NCBI GenBank assembly: GCA_009103225.1 | Contig: RHPI01002823.1 | Coordinates: 5,003-69,002, forward strand | Length of the DNA: 64,000 nucleotides | Origin: Chlorokybus atmophyticus | Lineage: Eukaryota; Plantae; Mesostigma and Chlorokybus algae | Direction: 5' to 3' | Part shown: one piece after another, positions 11,475 through 23,800 of the stretch | How the letters are laid out: the number at the start of each line of letters is the position of its first letter | How positions within the stretch are numbered: the stretch's first letter is position 1 | Translations under genes and position numbers: made by a program | The notes under the pieces: generated by a model | What the model saw: only the letters and a program-made list of their open reading frames with translations | What the model was told of the DNA's origin: nothing | The model's database searches: none

Positions 11475-14400
11475 TGTTGAGAAGTAAGCACGCAAGCGAC
11501 GAGGGCAAGCAACGACACACAAGAGAAGGCAAAACACATCCCATTGTTTTACCAACAGACCGCGGGGTTATGTACCCGCCAGTCAGTACACAGTTTGTAC
11601 ACACTGCTGGTCTACACGCAACATGGTCCGTTACACTTGACCATATCCTACGCTGTAAAGTGTGCCACGTAGCTAACTTGACAAGCTTTGTAACAAGCTA
11701 TGCCACGTCCTATAAGACTGAGTATCCTAGGAGATATAACGATTCTCCTAGGACCCTTCTCTGCAGTCCGCGCCAGGACCTTCATGTCCGGAGTCTTCAA
11801 GGTCCTCCCATCGAGGTCCCTTCTCTTGTATTCAGGGCAGGCTGACCGGATGTGGGAATATCTTCAACACTCCCACGCGGGCAGCTTGGCCATAATACTT
11901 GGTCCAGCTTACGCACATATGCCGAGTCTCGTGCAACATGCCTTGAACTTCAGCGGTGCAGTGGCTTTGTCATGAAGTCCGCGAGCATGTCTTCTGTATT
12001 GCAATACTGAAACTCAACCTCCTTGCGTGTGCCTCTGTCACGCACAAATGTGCTTTGTCCTTGTCGCGGCAATGGGGTGCTTCAGCAACTTGATGGCGCC
12101 TTGGTTGTCGCAGTTGATCGTGATACACGCCATTCGGTGCTCCAGATCTGCCATTAGCTTGCGAAGCCATAATGCCTCCTTCACTGCAGCGGATGCTGCC
12201 ATGTACTCCGCTTCCGAAGTAGATGCTGCTGTTGTTGGTTGCAGCCTGCTGTTCCAGCTCACCACGCCTCCATTTAATTTGAAGACGTAAGCTGTAGTGG
12301 ACCTCCTGCTGTCAAGGTCACCTGCAAAGTCTGCGTCGCAGTAGCCCTCCATCTTTATGCTTCCGCAACCAAACTTGATGCCAACACTTGTGCTTCCAGC
12401 CGCGTAACGCAGTACTCCCTTCGCGGCACGCCAATGCTCCATGCTTGATGCAGACATGTAGCGCGCAAGCACTCCAACTGCATGTGCGATGTCGGGTCTT
12501 GTGCACACTACCAAGTAGAGCATGCTGCCAACAAGCTCACCATATGGGTATTGAGCGTTGTTCAGTATCTCCTCCATCCTTTGCTTTAACGAGGTTGGTG
12601 CCGAGTGCCAATGGAGTAGACTTGATCTTTGCTTCATTGAGTCCAAACTTGGTGACAAGTCGCTTCACCATTTGCTCTTGGCTGATCTTGATTGTGCGTG
12701 CTGCTCTGTTACGCTCTATCACCATGCCAAGAAATAATTTGAACTCTCCAAGGGCGCGCACTGCGAATGCTTGCTGCAATAAGTGCTTTGTCTCTTTCAG
12801 GTCTTCAACTTGCTTCGCCGTAATGATGATGTCGTCCACATACACGAGCAATCAAACCTTCTTCTCTTCATGAACGAAGAGCCCGAGATCTGCTGAGGAT
12901 GCTTTGTAGCCGAGTTTCTTCAACTCTTTTGTGAGGCGAATGTGCCACACACGTGGTGCTTGTCGCAGCCCATACAAAGCTTTGATCGACTTGCAAGCCA
13001 TGCCCGGGTCCCCTTGTGCGTAGCCTTGTGGTTGCTGAGTGTAGATCTCTTCCTCCAGATCTCCGTAAAGGAAAGCAGTCTTCACATCAAGGTGGTGACA
13101 CTCGAGGTCTTCAGCAGCAACCATGGCGAGCACCGTGCGAAAGGTTGCGTGCTTACTTGCATGTGCAAATACTTTATTGAAGTCCACACCTTCCTGTTGT
13201 AGGAATCCCTTTGCCACCAGCCTTGCCTTGTAGCGCTCAATGTTGCCTTGACCACCACGCTTCACCTTAAACACCCACTTGACTGGAACGGGTTTCACAC
13301 CGTGCGGGGGCTTTTCCAACACCCAAGTGTTGATGGCATGGAGTGATACAATCTCATCAGTCATAGCTCGCTGCCATTGCTTTGCTTCTGGTGCTCGCAA
13401 TGCCTCCTCGTAGGTGCTTGGTTCTTCACTCTCTTCATTGTGCACACTCGCGACGTGTGCCTTTAAGAAGTCAGGTGCTTTTCTCTCCCTGGTTGGGTAG
13501 CATCGAGCTTACTCCTGCTGCTTCTGCTTCTCGCCTTCCCACATCTAAGCCCTGCTCTTTGTTTATGACCGATGCCTCGCCTTCAACCTCCTCTCTGCTT
13601 TGAAGTTCTTCAGGTTGTGCTTGGTCATCTTCATCTTGAGGGTAGAAACCTTCTTCGACTTGAGCTTGTGATGAGCCTTCGTGGAACCCGTCTTCTCTGC
13701 TCACCACAATCTTGCACGTGTCCTCGAGTATGACCTTGTACGCCTTTGAGCCTGGCTCATAACCAACAAAGATGCCCTTTTTGCTGACTGGCTCCAACTT
13801 GTGTCGCAATTGACTTGGCATAAGTGCATATGCCACACATCCGAACACACGCATGCCACTCACATCTGGCGCTTCATTGTGAAAGAGCTCCCACGGAGTC
13901 TTTTGCTCAAAGATCACTGGTGCACGGTTGCAAATGTAGTTGGCAGTGAGAACGGCCTCCTTCCACAGACTGTCCTCCGACTTGGTGTCATTGAGCAAGG
14001 CTCGAACACGCTCCAATAGAATTCGGTTGACGTTCAGCTGCTCCATTCCGTTGTGGAGTGTATGGTGCTGCTGTCTCATGCCGTATGCCTTTGCTGGCGA
14101 AGAACTCTTTGAGCTGGGCGTTGATGTACTCCCCTCCTCGATCACTTCTCATTGCTTTCATCTTCTTCCCGATTGGGTCTCGAGCAATGCAATATCGGTA
14201 CGCACAGCTCCAGCGACTTCTGACTTTTGTATCAAAGAGAAGACGATGGAAAGCTTGCTGTAGTCGTCGAGAAAAGTCGCAAAGTACCTTACCCCTCCTT
14301 TCGCTACAATGCGCATAGGCCCGCAAACGTCCATGTGCACAAGCCCGCAAGGGCGCTTGCTACTTGAAGTAGAAGATGAGAACGGCATGCGGTGCTGCTT

Positions 14401-15354
14401 GGCCAATACACAAGGCTCACAGAGCGCACTCGAAGACGCTTGAAGGTCTTTCTTGCTCACGTTGATGCCTTTCACCATGTCTTCAGCGACGAGGCGTGCG
14501 AGGTTGCTGTAGCCTAAATGCCCGAACCTCCGATGGCAAAGCTCGGTCGTCTCCTTCTCCTTCACCATTATGGCCTTGCTGTTATAAATCTGCTTTACAA
14601 TGTAGAGCCCTCCTCGTTGGGTACCGACCATGTACTCGACCCCATCCATGCGTACGGAGCAGCGTCCCTTCCGGATCACTATCTCAGCTCCCACGCGTTC
14701 AGCAACTCTCACGGCGAACAAGTTTGCAGTAGCTCCAAGTACGTGCAATACTTCTTGCAGTACCACCTGTCTTTCACCAGCGCCAACCTTGCATTGAAGC
14801 CTTATTTCACCAACTCCTATTGCTTCAAGCTCGTGACCACTGAAGCCTTTCACCTTCCTTGTGGTTGTCAGCTTCCTGTAGTTCTCCGTCACCTCTGGGT
14901 GTGGTGTGAGATGCTAATTACAGCCTGAGTCAATTGCCCATGAAGTTGTATCAAACTTCCTTAGGGCAGTAAATGCAACAGCCTTCTCTTTGCGTTGAGC
15001 GTTGCCACTGGTGATTGCTTCGGATTGCTCTCGTTGGCGTTTGCGACAATCCTTTGAGATATGTTCTTGAATACCACAAAAGTGGCATGTGTGATTCTTG
15101 AACCTTGAGTTGATGCCTTTCGCCTTGTTCTTGTCTTCGTAGTTGCTTGTTTTCTTGTGTTTGTCTCGTGTGTAGAAGGCCACAGAGTCCGCTTGCTCTT
15201 CCTTCTTTGAGACGCGTTGCTCCACAGTGAGCAACTTGGGTAGCACATCGTCCAGGGTTAGCTCCGATGATGATGTCTCAGGTAGAGTAGCAACGACTTC
15301 GTACTCTGATGAAAGCCCTGCAACAATCGCCAATACAACCTCTGTCTCTTCCAT
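11475..15354 (-). mobile_element. Degenerate Ty1/Copia (family B): partial gag, PR, INT, RT, RH, PPT and 3' LTR 11475-11869
   Basis: Knuckle CHFCGIQEHISKDC, WAIDSG, HMDVCGP, APYTPQRNG, YKARLVAKG, LVYVDD, DADFAGD, DNQGA. LTR TGTTGA...TCAACA abutting CTCCCACGC (PPT on minus). 5' end truncated. Confidence 0.95.
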
Positions 15355-16938
15355 CTGCTGTAAGGAATATGCGGGTGTTTGGCTGCATTGCGTATGTGCT
15401 GGTACCCAAGCAAAAAAGGAAAAAGCTGGATCCTGTCAGCCAGAAAGGTATTTTCCTTGGGTGTGAATCAAACTCAAAGGCATATAGAGTGTTGATGGAC
15501 GAGACCAAAAAGATCATCATCGATAGAGATGTTGCTTACCATGAAAGCATGAGAGCACAGCAGCAGAAGAGCCCTGATCACAATGATAGCTCTGGTGATG
15601 AAGACATGAGCTCTGATGACGAAGATGAAGGTTTGCATTGCCATGAATACAGCACTGAAGACACTATGCCTTACTGGGGTAGAAGTGATTCTGAGTCTAA
15701 AGAAAGGGAGCTCAACCCTTGAAGAACGAGTAGTGCTGCAGCGGGTGGTGGACAAAAACATCGTAAGCAGCATAATCGGCAACAAAGCAACTAGCGAGCA
15801 TATCTTTGGCGTGAGAGGCATCAGCCTGATTGGTCCGATGTACAAGAAAAACAGAACCTGCAACATATGAAGAAGCACTGCGAGCAGCAAATTCTGAGCA
15901 ATGGCGCCAGGCGATGGATGAGGAAGTTGCGTCGCTGCATGCAAGCGATACTTGGGAGCTGGAGATTCCACCCCAAGGAACAAAGCCCATCTCCGTCAAC
16001 TGGGTATATAAGGTGAATAGAGACGGTCATGGCAACATTGAGAGATACAAGGCCAGGCTCGTGGCAAAGGGATTTTTGCAACAGCAAACAATTGACTTCA
16101 ATGAAATATTTGCTCTAGCTGAGAAGTCGGCAACTTTCAAAGCTATGGTGGCAGTTGTTGCTGTGGATAACCTGGAGTTTCGTCACCTTGATGTCAAGAC
16201 AGCCTTTTTGTATAGTGAGCTGGAAGAGGAAATCTACATTCAGCAACTAAAAGGGTATCAGGAGGGACCATCTGGTGCTGCATGCAGGCTGGTCAAGGCA
16301 TTGTAAGGGCTAAAGCAAGCACCAAGAGTGTCGCATGCGAGACTTTGCAAGGAGCTCAAGAAACAAGGCTTCACTGCAAGTCTAGCTGATCCTAGCTTGT
16401 TCAATTCCGGAAACAAGAGGATGTGGTTGTTGGTGTACGTGGATGACATTGTGATTGCGGCAGCACAAATGTAAGATGCTCAGCGAGTGAAGACTCAGCA
16501 AAAGACTGCATTTAAGTGCAGAGATCTAGGCGAGACCACATACTTTCTCAGGGTAGTTGTTAAAGGAACAGGGCTTCGGGAATCATCCGCATCACTCAGG
16601 AGCAGATGGTGAAGCAATTGGTGGCAAAGTTTGGTTTGATAACGCAAAAATAAGAGAGGTACCCTTGAGTGTGGGAGCTAAGTTGGTCAGAGCCGGAGAC
16701 AGCGGTAAGGAGTCAGACAAGCAGAGGTATCCCTGCTGTGAGCTTATTGGAAGTCTTGTCTACTTGTCAGTGGCATCAAGACCAGACATTGCACATGCTG
16801 TGGGACAGTTAGCAAACTACATGTTAGCCCCAATAATGCAGCATTGATTGGCAGCAATGGGAGTGTTGCGCTATCTGTCAACAACAGCGGCAATGGGCAT
16901 CGAGTATGGCTAGGGCAATGTAGAACTGCTGGGCTACT
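15355..16938 (+). mobile_element. Copia integrase C-terminus plus RT fragment; inverted near-copy of 21664-23242
   Basis: MRVFGCIAYVLVPK, KARLVAKG, DVKTAFL, LVYVDD, SRPDIAHAVG. ORFs 16258-16449 and 22160-22351 translate almost identically. Confidence 0.92.
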
Positions 16939-17283
16939 TGTTGACTAGAGATGCTGCATGCAACCATGCACAAGAAGCATATACAGCACAGTGGTAAGAG
17001 CAGAGCTACACCGCCAACGAAGTGACTAGAGAAGTGAACTCTCCTCAATAACCCGCGGCCTGTCGGCTCTGGGCCCTCAATCTGGGTCCTACCAAAGACC
17101 AGACCAGACTGTACCAGGTCCAATTGCCTGCAGCCTATGCATACAATTGCAGTATATGAGTAGCTTATCAAGTACCAGCGTAATAAGCTACAATAGGGCT
17201 AGCTAAGCTGATTGGACAATAGCACATAAGTGTCATATGCTATACATGTAGAGAACACTGAATAACATGCTTTATTCTCCACA
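16939..17283 (-). mobile_element. Copia LTR, family C, with non-matching flanks
   Basis: TGTTGACT...TTCTCCACA, homologous along its length to LTRs 20830-21164 and 26114-26446. Flanks CTACT/CTCAG are not a TSD, so this is a rearranged junction. Confidence 0.8.
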
Positions 17284-18300
17284 CTCAGCGGTGGTCAGCT
17301 CTTCCACAGCGGGGAGGTTTCCACTTGGCGCGGACGCGGTGTGCACGTGACCCATGGCGTGCGGCATTCATCTTGATCGGGTGGCCAAGGATAGAGCACA
17401 CGGTAGCTGTGCTGCACCTGGTGGCGACGATCATCCTTGGAGTGGACATTCTCGATTGTCGAGGATATTCTTGTATCCGGTCAGCTCGCCCTGTGGATAA
17501 GAATAGCTGCGAGAAGATTCAGGCGCGAGAAGGTGCCAGTCGAGAAAGGTCCCGGCGAGGACTTCAGTCGAGAAGGTTCTAGGCGTGGAGTCGAGTTCGG
17601 AGTTTGGAGACTTTCAGGAGCTGTAGAAGAAACGTTGTAGCTCGGTGTTTATATGATTGTATGGCGCGTGTTATAGCTTGTTAGAAAGCTCTTTGGTAGT
17701 AGCTACGTGGTGCAACTTAGAGCGCAAGAATCGGTTGAGTGTAGAAGTCGTGGTGACTCTAGAGTAGACAGGTGCAGAACTGGCGGGTATATAAGCTCGC
17801 AGTGTGACTTTGTTGTAATCCTTGGAACGCCTTTTTCGGATCAGCCTTGCGTGTATACTCTGGTAGAGTGTGTGTGCTTGTGCTTGCACCAACTCCATGC
17901 ATGATCAGTAGTGTCCAAATCTCAACATCGATGACGTATGCCAAGGGGTGTTGAATCTGGTGGTGCTGCAGGCGGTGGATGACTCGCAGCAGCTCTAAAA
18001 AGAGTGTGGACCGTGGATCGTTAGCCCCTGTCCTGTGCCGGCCTTGGAGTGACCATGGCACTTTCATCCAGCAATCAACAGATCCACATTGCCCAAGGCA
18101 CTGAGATAATTAGCCGAGATGAGGCGGATATCTTGAGGCAGAGCCTTAAGACTTCCACGCAATGCCGACAACGGCAGGAGGTGTGGATAGCGCAAGTGCA
18201 ACTGGCGTAGATAATGGTATTCAACAGTCTGAGCATGCGCATCATGGTCACAGTAGTAATACTGAGTCACCTTGACAGCGGTGTTGAAAAGAGATAGCTA
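17284..18300 (-). pseudogene. C5 cytosine DNA methyltransferase domain inside a retroelement polyprotein (motifs II-VIII; motif I deleted; split by a solo LTR)
   Basis: Minus strand: VTQYYYCD...LPQDIRLISANYLSALGNVDLLIAG*KCHGHSKAGTGQGL/DPRSTLFLELLRV...HPLAYVI|ENVHSKDD.../CSILGHPIKMNAARHGSRAHRVRAKW. This matches motif IV (G-W-P-C-Q-G-x-S-x-A-G; Cys codon at 18058-18060), motif V (DPRS-LF), motif VI (ENV) and motif VIII (GS-x-H-R-x-R). Confidence 0.85.
17457..17927 (+). mobile_element. Solo Copia LTR (family B) with 5-bp TSD TCGAT
   Basis: TGTCGA...CTCAACA, with TCGAT at 17452-17456 and 17928-17932. The first ~190 bp closely match the reverse complement of LTR 4264-4511. Confidence 0.92.
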
Positions 18301-18319
18301 TTATTCTTAAAAGGGCTGC

Positions 18320-18500
18320 TGTCCAGCGATGCTGCTGTGAGACCCAAGGCCTTAGCCGAGTGTTTGCCAATGATACATGGTTGTGCCCCTCCATCCAGCA
18401 TTACGCGCTTGGGCGTACGTTCATTAATTTGTACATGCTTGCCCTCGTTGGCAACCATGACGGCCTTGGCGTTGAGCCGTGCGCGATCGTCGGGACGTTG
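18320..18500 (-). pseudogene. Retropepsin-like aspartic protease of element G1
   Basis: VQINERTPKRVMLDGGAQPCIIGKHSAKALGL: hydrophobic-D-G-G-A variant of the DT/SG active-site motif. Confidence 0.7.
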
Positions 18501-20829
18501 AGGAACAGCAATTGCGTGGGGTGTTGCTCTAGGGTGCTGGACCTTAAGGCTACCATAGCTCGTCTTCCTGCAATAGGAGCTGTGCCCTGTCCTCATGCAC
18601 TCCCTTGTTCTGTTTTACCCCCTTGCCCTGCCCCTTGTCCGGGTGGTGCCGGCACTGGTGGTGGATTGCGACGAGAAGTTGGGTCAGTAGCAGGAGCTGC
18701 TGGTGGTGGTGGTGGATAAATGCGTTCCATTGCTGCCACTGCCTCCTTGTTGGTCCAATAGAGTGCATGAGCGGCCTCATAATAGAGTGCGCAAGCGTGC
18801 CCTCCCATATGGCTGAGGGGTGACAACGCCAGTCGGCGAACTCCTCCACCTGAGGCATAGGCGTGAGGTAGACGGCGTGTACCAGCTGCCTTCTCAATGC
18901 GTCGCCAATGGTGGGTATCCCAAGGATGCTCCGCATGTACGTGTCCCATTGGCCTCCAGTGATCCCTACGTCAATCACTGTTATGGCTCACCCTCTCAGG
19001 GTGAGCCATAACAGTCGGGCGAGTCCTGCTGTTGACGCTGAATGTCATAAGCCTGAGCGATGCGCCGAAGTTGCCGTGCTACCTCAATGCCTGGTAGATG
19101 CATGAGGGCGACCTCCGTGGTGATTCTATCACGAATGCCATAGGGACGCGTCTGGTCCACCACTTAGTCGTAGGCTTGCCGTATGGAGCGCATAAACGCA
19201 CTCATCCAAGGCAGTGTCGATGGAAATGTGAATAGTGGAACTGCAAGGTGTTTGTTGATAAACCATGTGAGTACTTGAGCCCGTCCTCCCGTGGTTTGCT
19301 GTAGTAGCAGTATCCCTCTGAGTGTGGCGCCTTCCGAGCCTTGTTGTTGCAATGTTCCCTACATGACTTTTTGCAGCAGGCGTGTGCGCAATTGTTGCTC
19401 CCCGTGTGTTTGTTGACAAGCGAGATGCGGGTAGGCTCCTTGTTGAAAATACCCCTTCCCTGGTCGACGTTGATTTGCTGGCCAATTGTTGGTCATGTTG
19501 ACGATAAGGGCAGCGATTTCTCCCCTGAAATATAGACACAATATCTGCTCAACACCTCCGTTTAAGTGAGTCTGATGCGCTCTCGGTCCTCGTTGGTGGG
19601 ATGCTGCGGCTTGTTCACCCGAATGTTGTCATATGTTTCAGCGCGGGTGTCAGTAATAAGGACACCAGCTAGTGCTTCGTCAATGTCCCGCTAGACATCT
19701 TTAAAGTGGTCCCGTTTGCGACGGCAAACCACCTGCTCTTGCTATTTACGGAACTGGCGAGCCCGATCCAATGCGTAGAAGCGGCGGCATTGATTACGCC
19801 ATGAGCATGTGGCCAACTCAAAATCGTTGCCCAGCGGACGCGCAGCAAATGCCCAAAACAGTTGAACCACTACGGGTACAAGTCGTCGAAGTGGTCCAGG
19901 TTGGACGGCTCTTGGTTGGGTGGCAATGCTGGATGCTCCGGGGCCAACTAATGACGGTTGTTCAGATCCTACAACATGGTGAGGGTTTTGTCGGTAATGC
20001 GCAGGGTGTCAAGGTCGTGGCCCAGCTCCTGACGATGGAGAGGGACAGCATCAACACCATATAGCAGGGCATCCTCGTCAATGCGCCACATGAACTGGTC
20101 ACCTTCAACGTGCGCCGGGGTGATTGGCATGCCAGCGGCGGTACGCGCTGGTCCTTGTCTGAGCGAGAACTGTGCTGCTGGTACGATAGCTGCGTTGGTT
20201 GAGGCTGCCTCCGCTATCGTGGACGTGGAGGGCCCCGCCCCTGTGGCAGCCATGGTGGCCGTTAATGGTCCGGCCACAATTGTTTCCAAGGCAACGATAT
20301 TGAGCTGAGCGGTAGCCACAGTAGTGGTTGGCTGCGCAGTGGGGTCACCAGCGACAATGGTTGCTGCAGATTAGGTTGCTGCCATCGACTCGGCAGCAAG
20401 GACAGCTGACGTTGCAGCGACAGTTGCTGCGAGACCTTTACTGACGGCAGCGGTGGCGGCTGTTGTGGCGGCTTGTGTGGCAGCAGCTGTAGTGGGATCC
20501 GCAAGGGCTTTCGCTGATGCAGACAATGACTCGGAGACACCAGTGGTGGCAGCCGGTGAAACCGCTGTGGTTGTTGCTGCTAATGTTGCCGCTTGGCCTG
20601 CAAAACCAGCTGTTCCACCTGTGGAGGATGGCCCGGCGTCCCCTCGGGTTCGCCGTGGTGGCTGCACGCCCGTAGGCGGGGTGACTTCCTTGTAAGCGTT
20701 AAGCGCTTCACTTTCTTACAAACGCTTCACTCTCATTGCTGCCCAATGTGCCGTGTACCATGCGCGATATTCATCCTCGCTGCCCTTCATCGCGTAAAGC
20801 TTATCCATCCATGCTGTGAGGGCAGCAAC

Positions 20830-23800
20830 TGTTGACTGGAGCTATTGCATGCAACCATGCACAGCATACAACATACACATGCAATGGTTGAGCTTGTGCA
20901 AGCTACACCGCTAGAATACTTGCTCGAGAGTAGATTGTACTCGTAAGACGCGAGCTGCCTCGGCTCTGGGCCCTGACTCAGGTCTTACCAAAAAGACCAG
21001 CCCGAACTGTGCCAGTTCTAGCCGCCTGCAGCCTATACACATTTGCAGTATAGAGTAGCTTATTTTATGTCACCAGATAAGAGACTCAGAGTTCTTATAG
21101 ACAAGCTGACTGCATACAAGTCACGAGAGTCATAAACCATACATAACATGATCTATTCTCAACACTCCCACGCAGGCAGCTTGGCTAGCTTCTCGCTTCA
21201 AGTCTTCAAGCCTTCGCTTCAACTTCAATGCCAAGTCCTTCACAGCATGTCCAGAACTTCGCAATAGACAATGCCTTGGTCATGAAGTCAGCAAGCATGC
21301 CTTTAGTCCTGCAACAACTAAACTCCAACTCTCCTCTCGCCACTCTGTCTCTCACAAAGTGATGATGCACATCAATGTGCTTGCCCCTTGCTGAGCGGAT
21401 TGGATTCTTCAGTAACTTCACAGCTCCCTAATTGCCACAATGGATCTTCACTCTCTCCAGAAGGTGCCCATGATCCGCCATCAGTTTCCTAAGCCAAAGT
21501 GCTTCCTTTGTAGCTGAAGCGGATGCCATGTACTCTGCTTCTGTAGTGGATGCAGCCACAGCAGGTTGCAACTTGATGTTCCAGCTGATCACCCCACCAC
21601 CAAGTTTGTACACTTAGCCAATAGTTGACCTCCATGTATTCACATCACTAGCATAGTCTGCATTACAGTAGCCCTGCAGTTCTACATTGCCCTGGCCATA
21701 CTTGATGCCCATTGCCGCTGTTGTTAACATATAGCGCAACACTCCCTTTGCTGCCAATCAATGCTGCATCATCGGGGCTAACATGTAGCATGCTAACTGT
21801 CCCACAACATGTGCAATGTCTGGTCTTGATGAGCCACTGACAAGTAGACAAGACTTTTCAATAAGCTCACAGCAGGGATACCTCTGCTTGTCTAACTCCT
21901 CATCGCTGTCTCCGGCTCTGACCAACTTAGCTCCCACACTCAAGGGTACCTCTCTTATTTTTGCGTTATCAAACCAGACTTTGCCACCAATTGCTTCACC
22001 ATCTGCTCCTGAGTGATGCGGATGATTCCTGAAGCCCTATTCCTCGTAACAACTACGCTGAGAAAGTATGTGGTCTCGCCTAAATCTCTGCACTTAAATG
22101 CAGTCTTCTGCTGAGTCTTCACTCGCTGAGCATCTTACATTCGTGCTGCCGCAATCACAATGTCATCCACGTACACCAACAACCACATCCTCTTATTTCC
22201 GGAATTGAACAAGCTAGGATCAGCCAGACTTGCAGTGAAGCCTTGTTTCTTGAGCTCCTTGCAAAGTCTCGCATGCGACACTCTTGGTGCTTGCTTCAGC
22301 CCTTACAATGCCTTGACTAGCCTGCATGCAATACCAGATGGTCCCTCCTGATACCCTTTTGGTTGCTGAATGTAGATTTCCTCTTCCAGCTCACCATACA
22401 AAAAGGCTGTCTTGACATCAAGGTGACGAAACTCCAGGTTATCCACAGCAACAACTGCCACCATAGCTCTGAAATTGCCAACTTCCCAGCTGGAGCAAAT
22501 ACTTCATTGAAGTCAACTCCTGGCTGTTGCGAAAATCCTTTTGCCACGAGCCTGGCCATGTATCTCTCAATGTTGCCATGACCATCTCTCTTCACCTTAT
22601 ACACTCACTTGACAGGGATGGGCTTTGTTCCTGGAGGTGGGACCTCCAGCTCCAAAGTGCCGTTTGCATGCAGCGACGCAACTCCCTCATCCATTGCCTG
22701 ACGCCATTGCTCAGAATCAGCTGCTCGCAGTGCTTCTTCATACATTGCAGGTTCCGTTTTTCTTGTACACCGGAACTTAACTAGCTAAAAATAACCGCAC
22801 ATGAAACCAATCAGGCTAATTCCTCTCACGCCAAAGATATGCTCGCTGGCTGCTTTGTTGCTGATTATGCTGCTGATGATATTTTTGTCCACCACCCGCT
22901 GCAGCAGTGCTCCTTCTTGTAGGGTTGAGCTCCCTTTCGTCAGACTCCGAATCACTTCTACCTCAAGATATAGTGTCTTCAATGCTGTATTTATGGCAAT
23001 GCAAACCTTCATCTTTGTCATTAGAGCTCCTGTCTTCATCACCGGAACTATCACTGTGATCAGGGCTTCTGCTGCTGTGCTCCCACGCCTTCGTGGAAGA
23101 CAACATCTCTATCGATGATGATCTTTTTGGTCTCGTCCATCAACACTCTATATGCCGTTGAGTCTGGTTCATACCCAAGGAAAATACCCTTCCGGCTGAC
23201 AGGATCTAGCTTTTTCCCATTTTGCTTGGGTATCAGCACATACAGTCTACCCTCGCTAGAAGAATACAGTCTGTCACCGAGGTTTCTAGTATAATGGCGG
23301 GGGTACTCCATTGATCGCTATAAAATTGCTTAGTCTTACAACGCATATTTGCATAAATATAATTATGTTGAAGGAAATGAGCAAATAACACTGCGTTTCT
23401 TACAACATGAGTGATATAATGAAACACACACACACGTGCATGACACACCACATTGCCTTCTTTGTACATACACATATGTATGCAATTGTACTTGCATGTG
23501 CATGCGGAGCATCACACACATGCGCACGCTTGCACGCACGCCCTCGCGCACGCGCAGCCTTGCATGCATGCATACACTTTGCGCACACGCTCATATGCAT
23601 CATCATCACCATCATCGGTAACAACAACATCTACTCAATCTTCATTGGGTCTGCACCTGCTACACTTGTAGAAGCGTCTGCAACATCAGCACCACGCGTG
23701 AAAAACTTAAACAACCGTGTCTGCACCGACGCACAGAAGATTTGGCGACACAACACCGCATTGCGAACACGGCGCAACCATACTAGAATCTCAACTGAAA

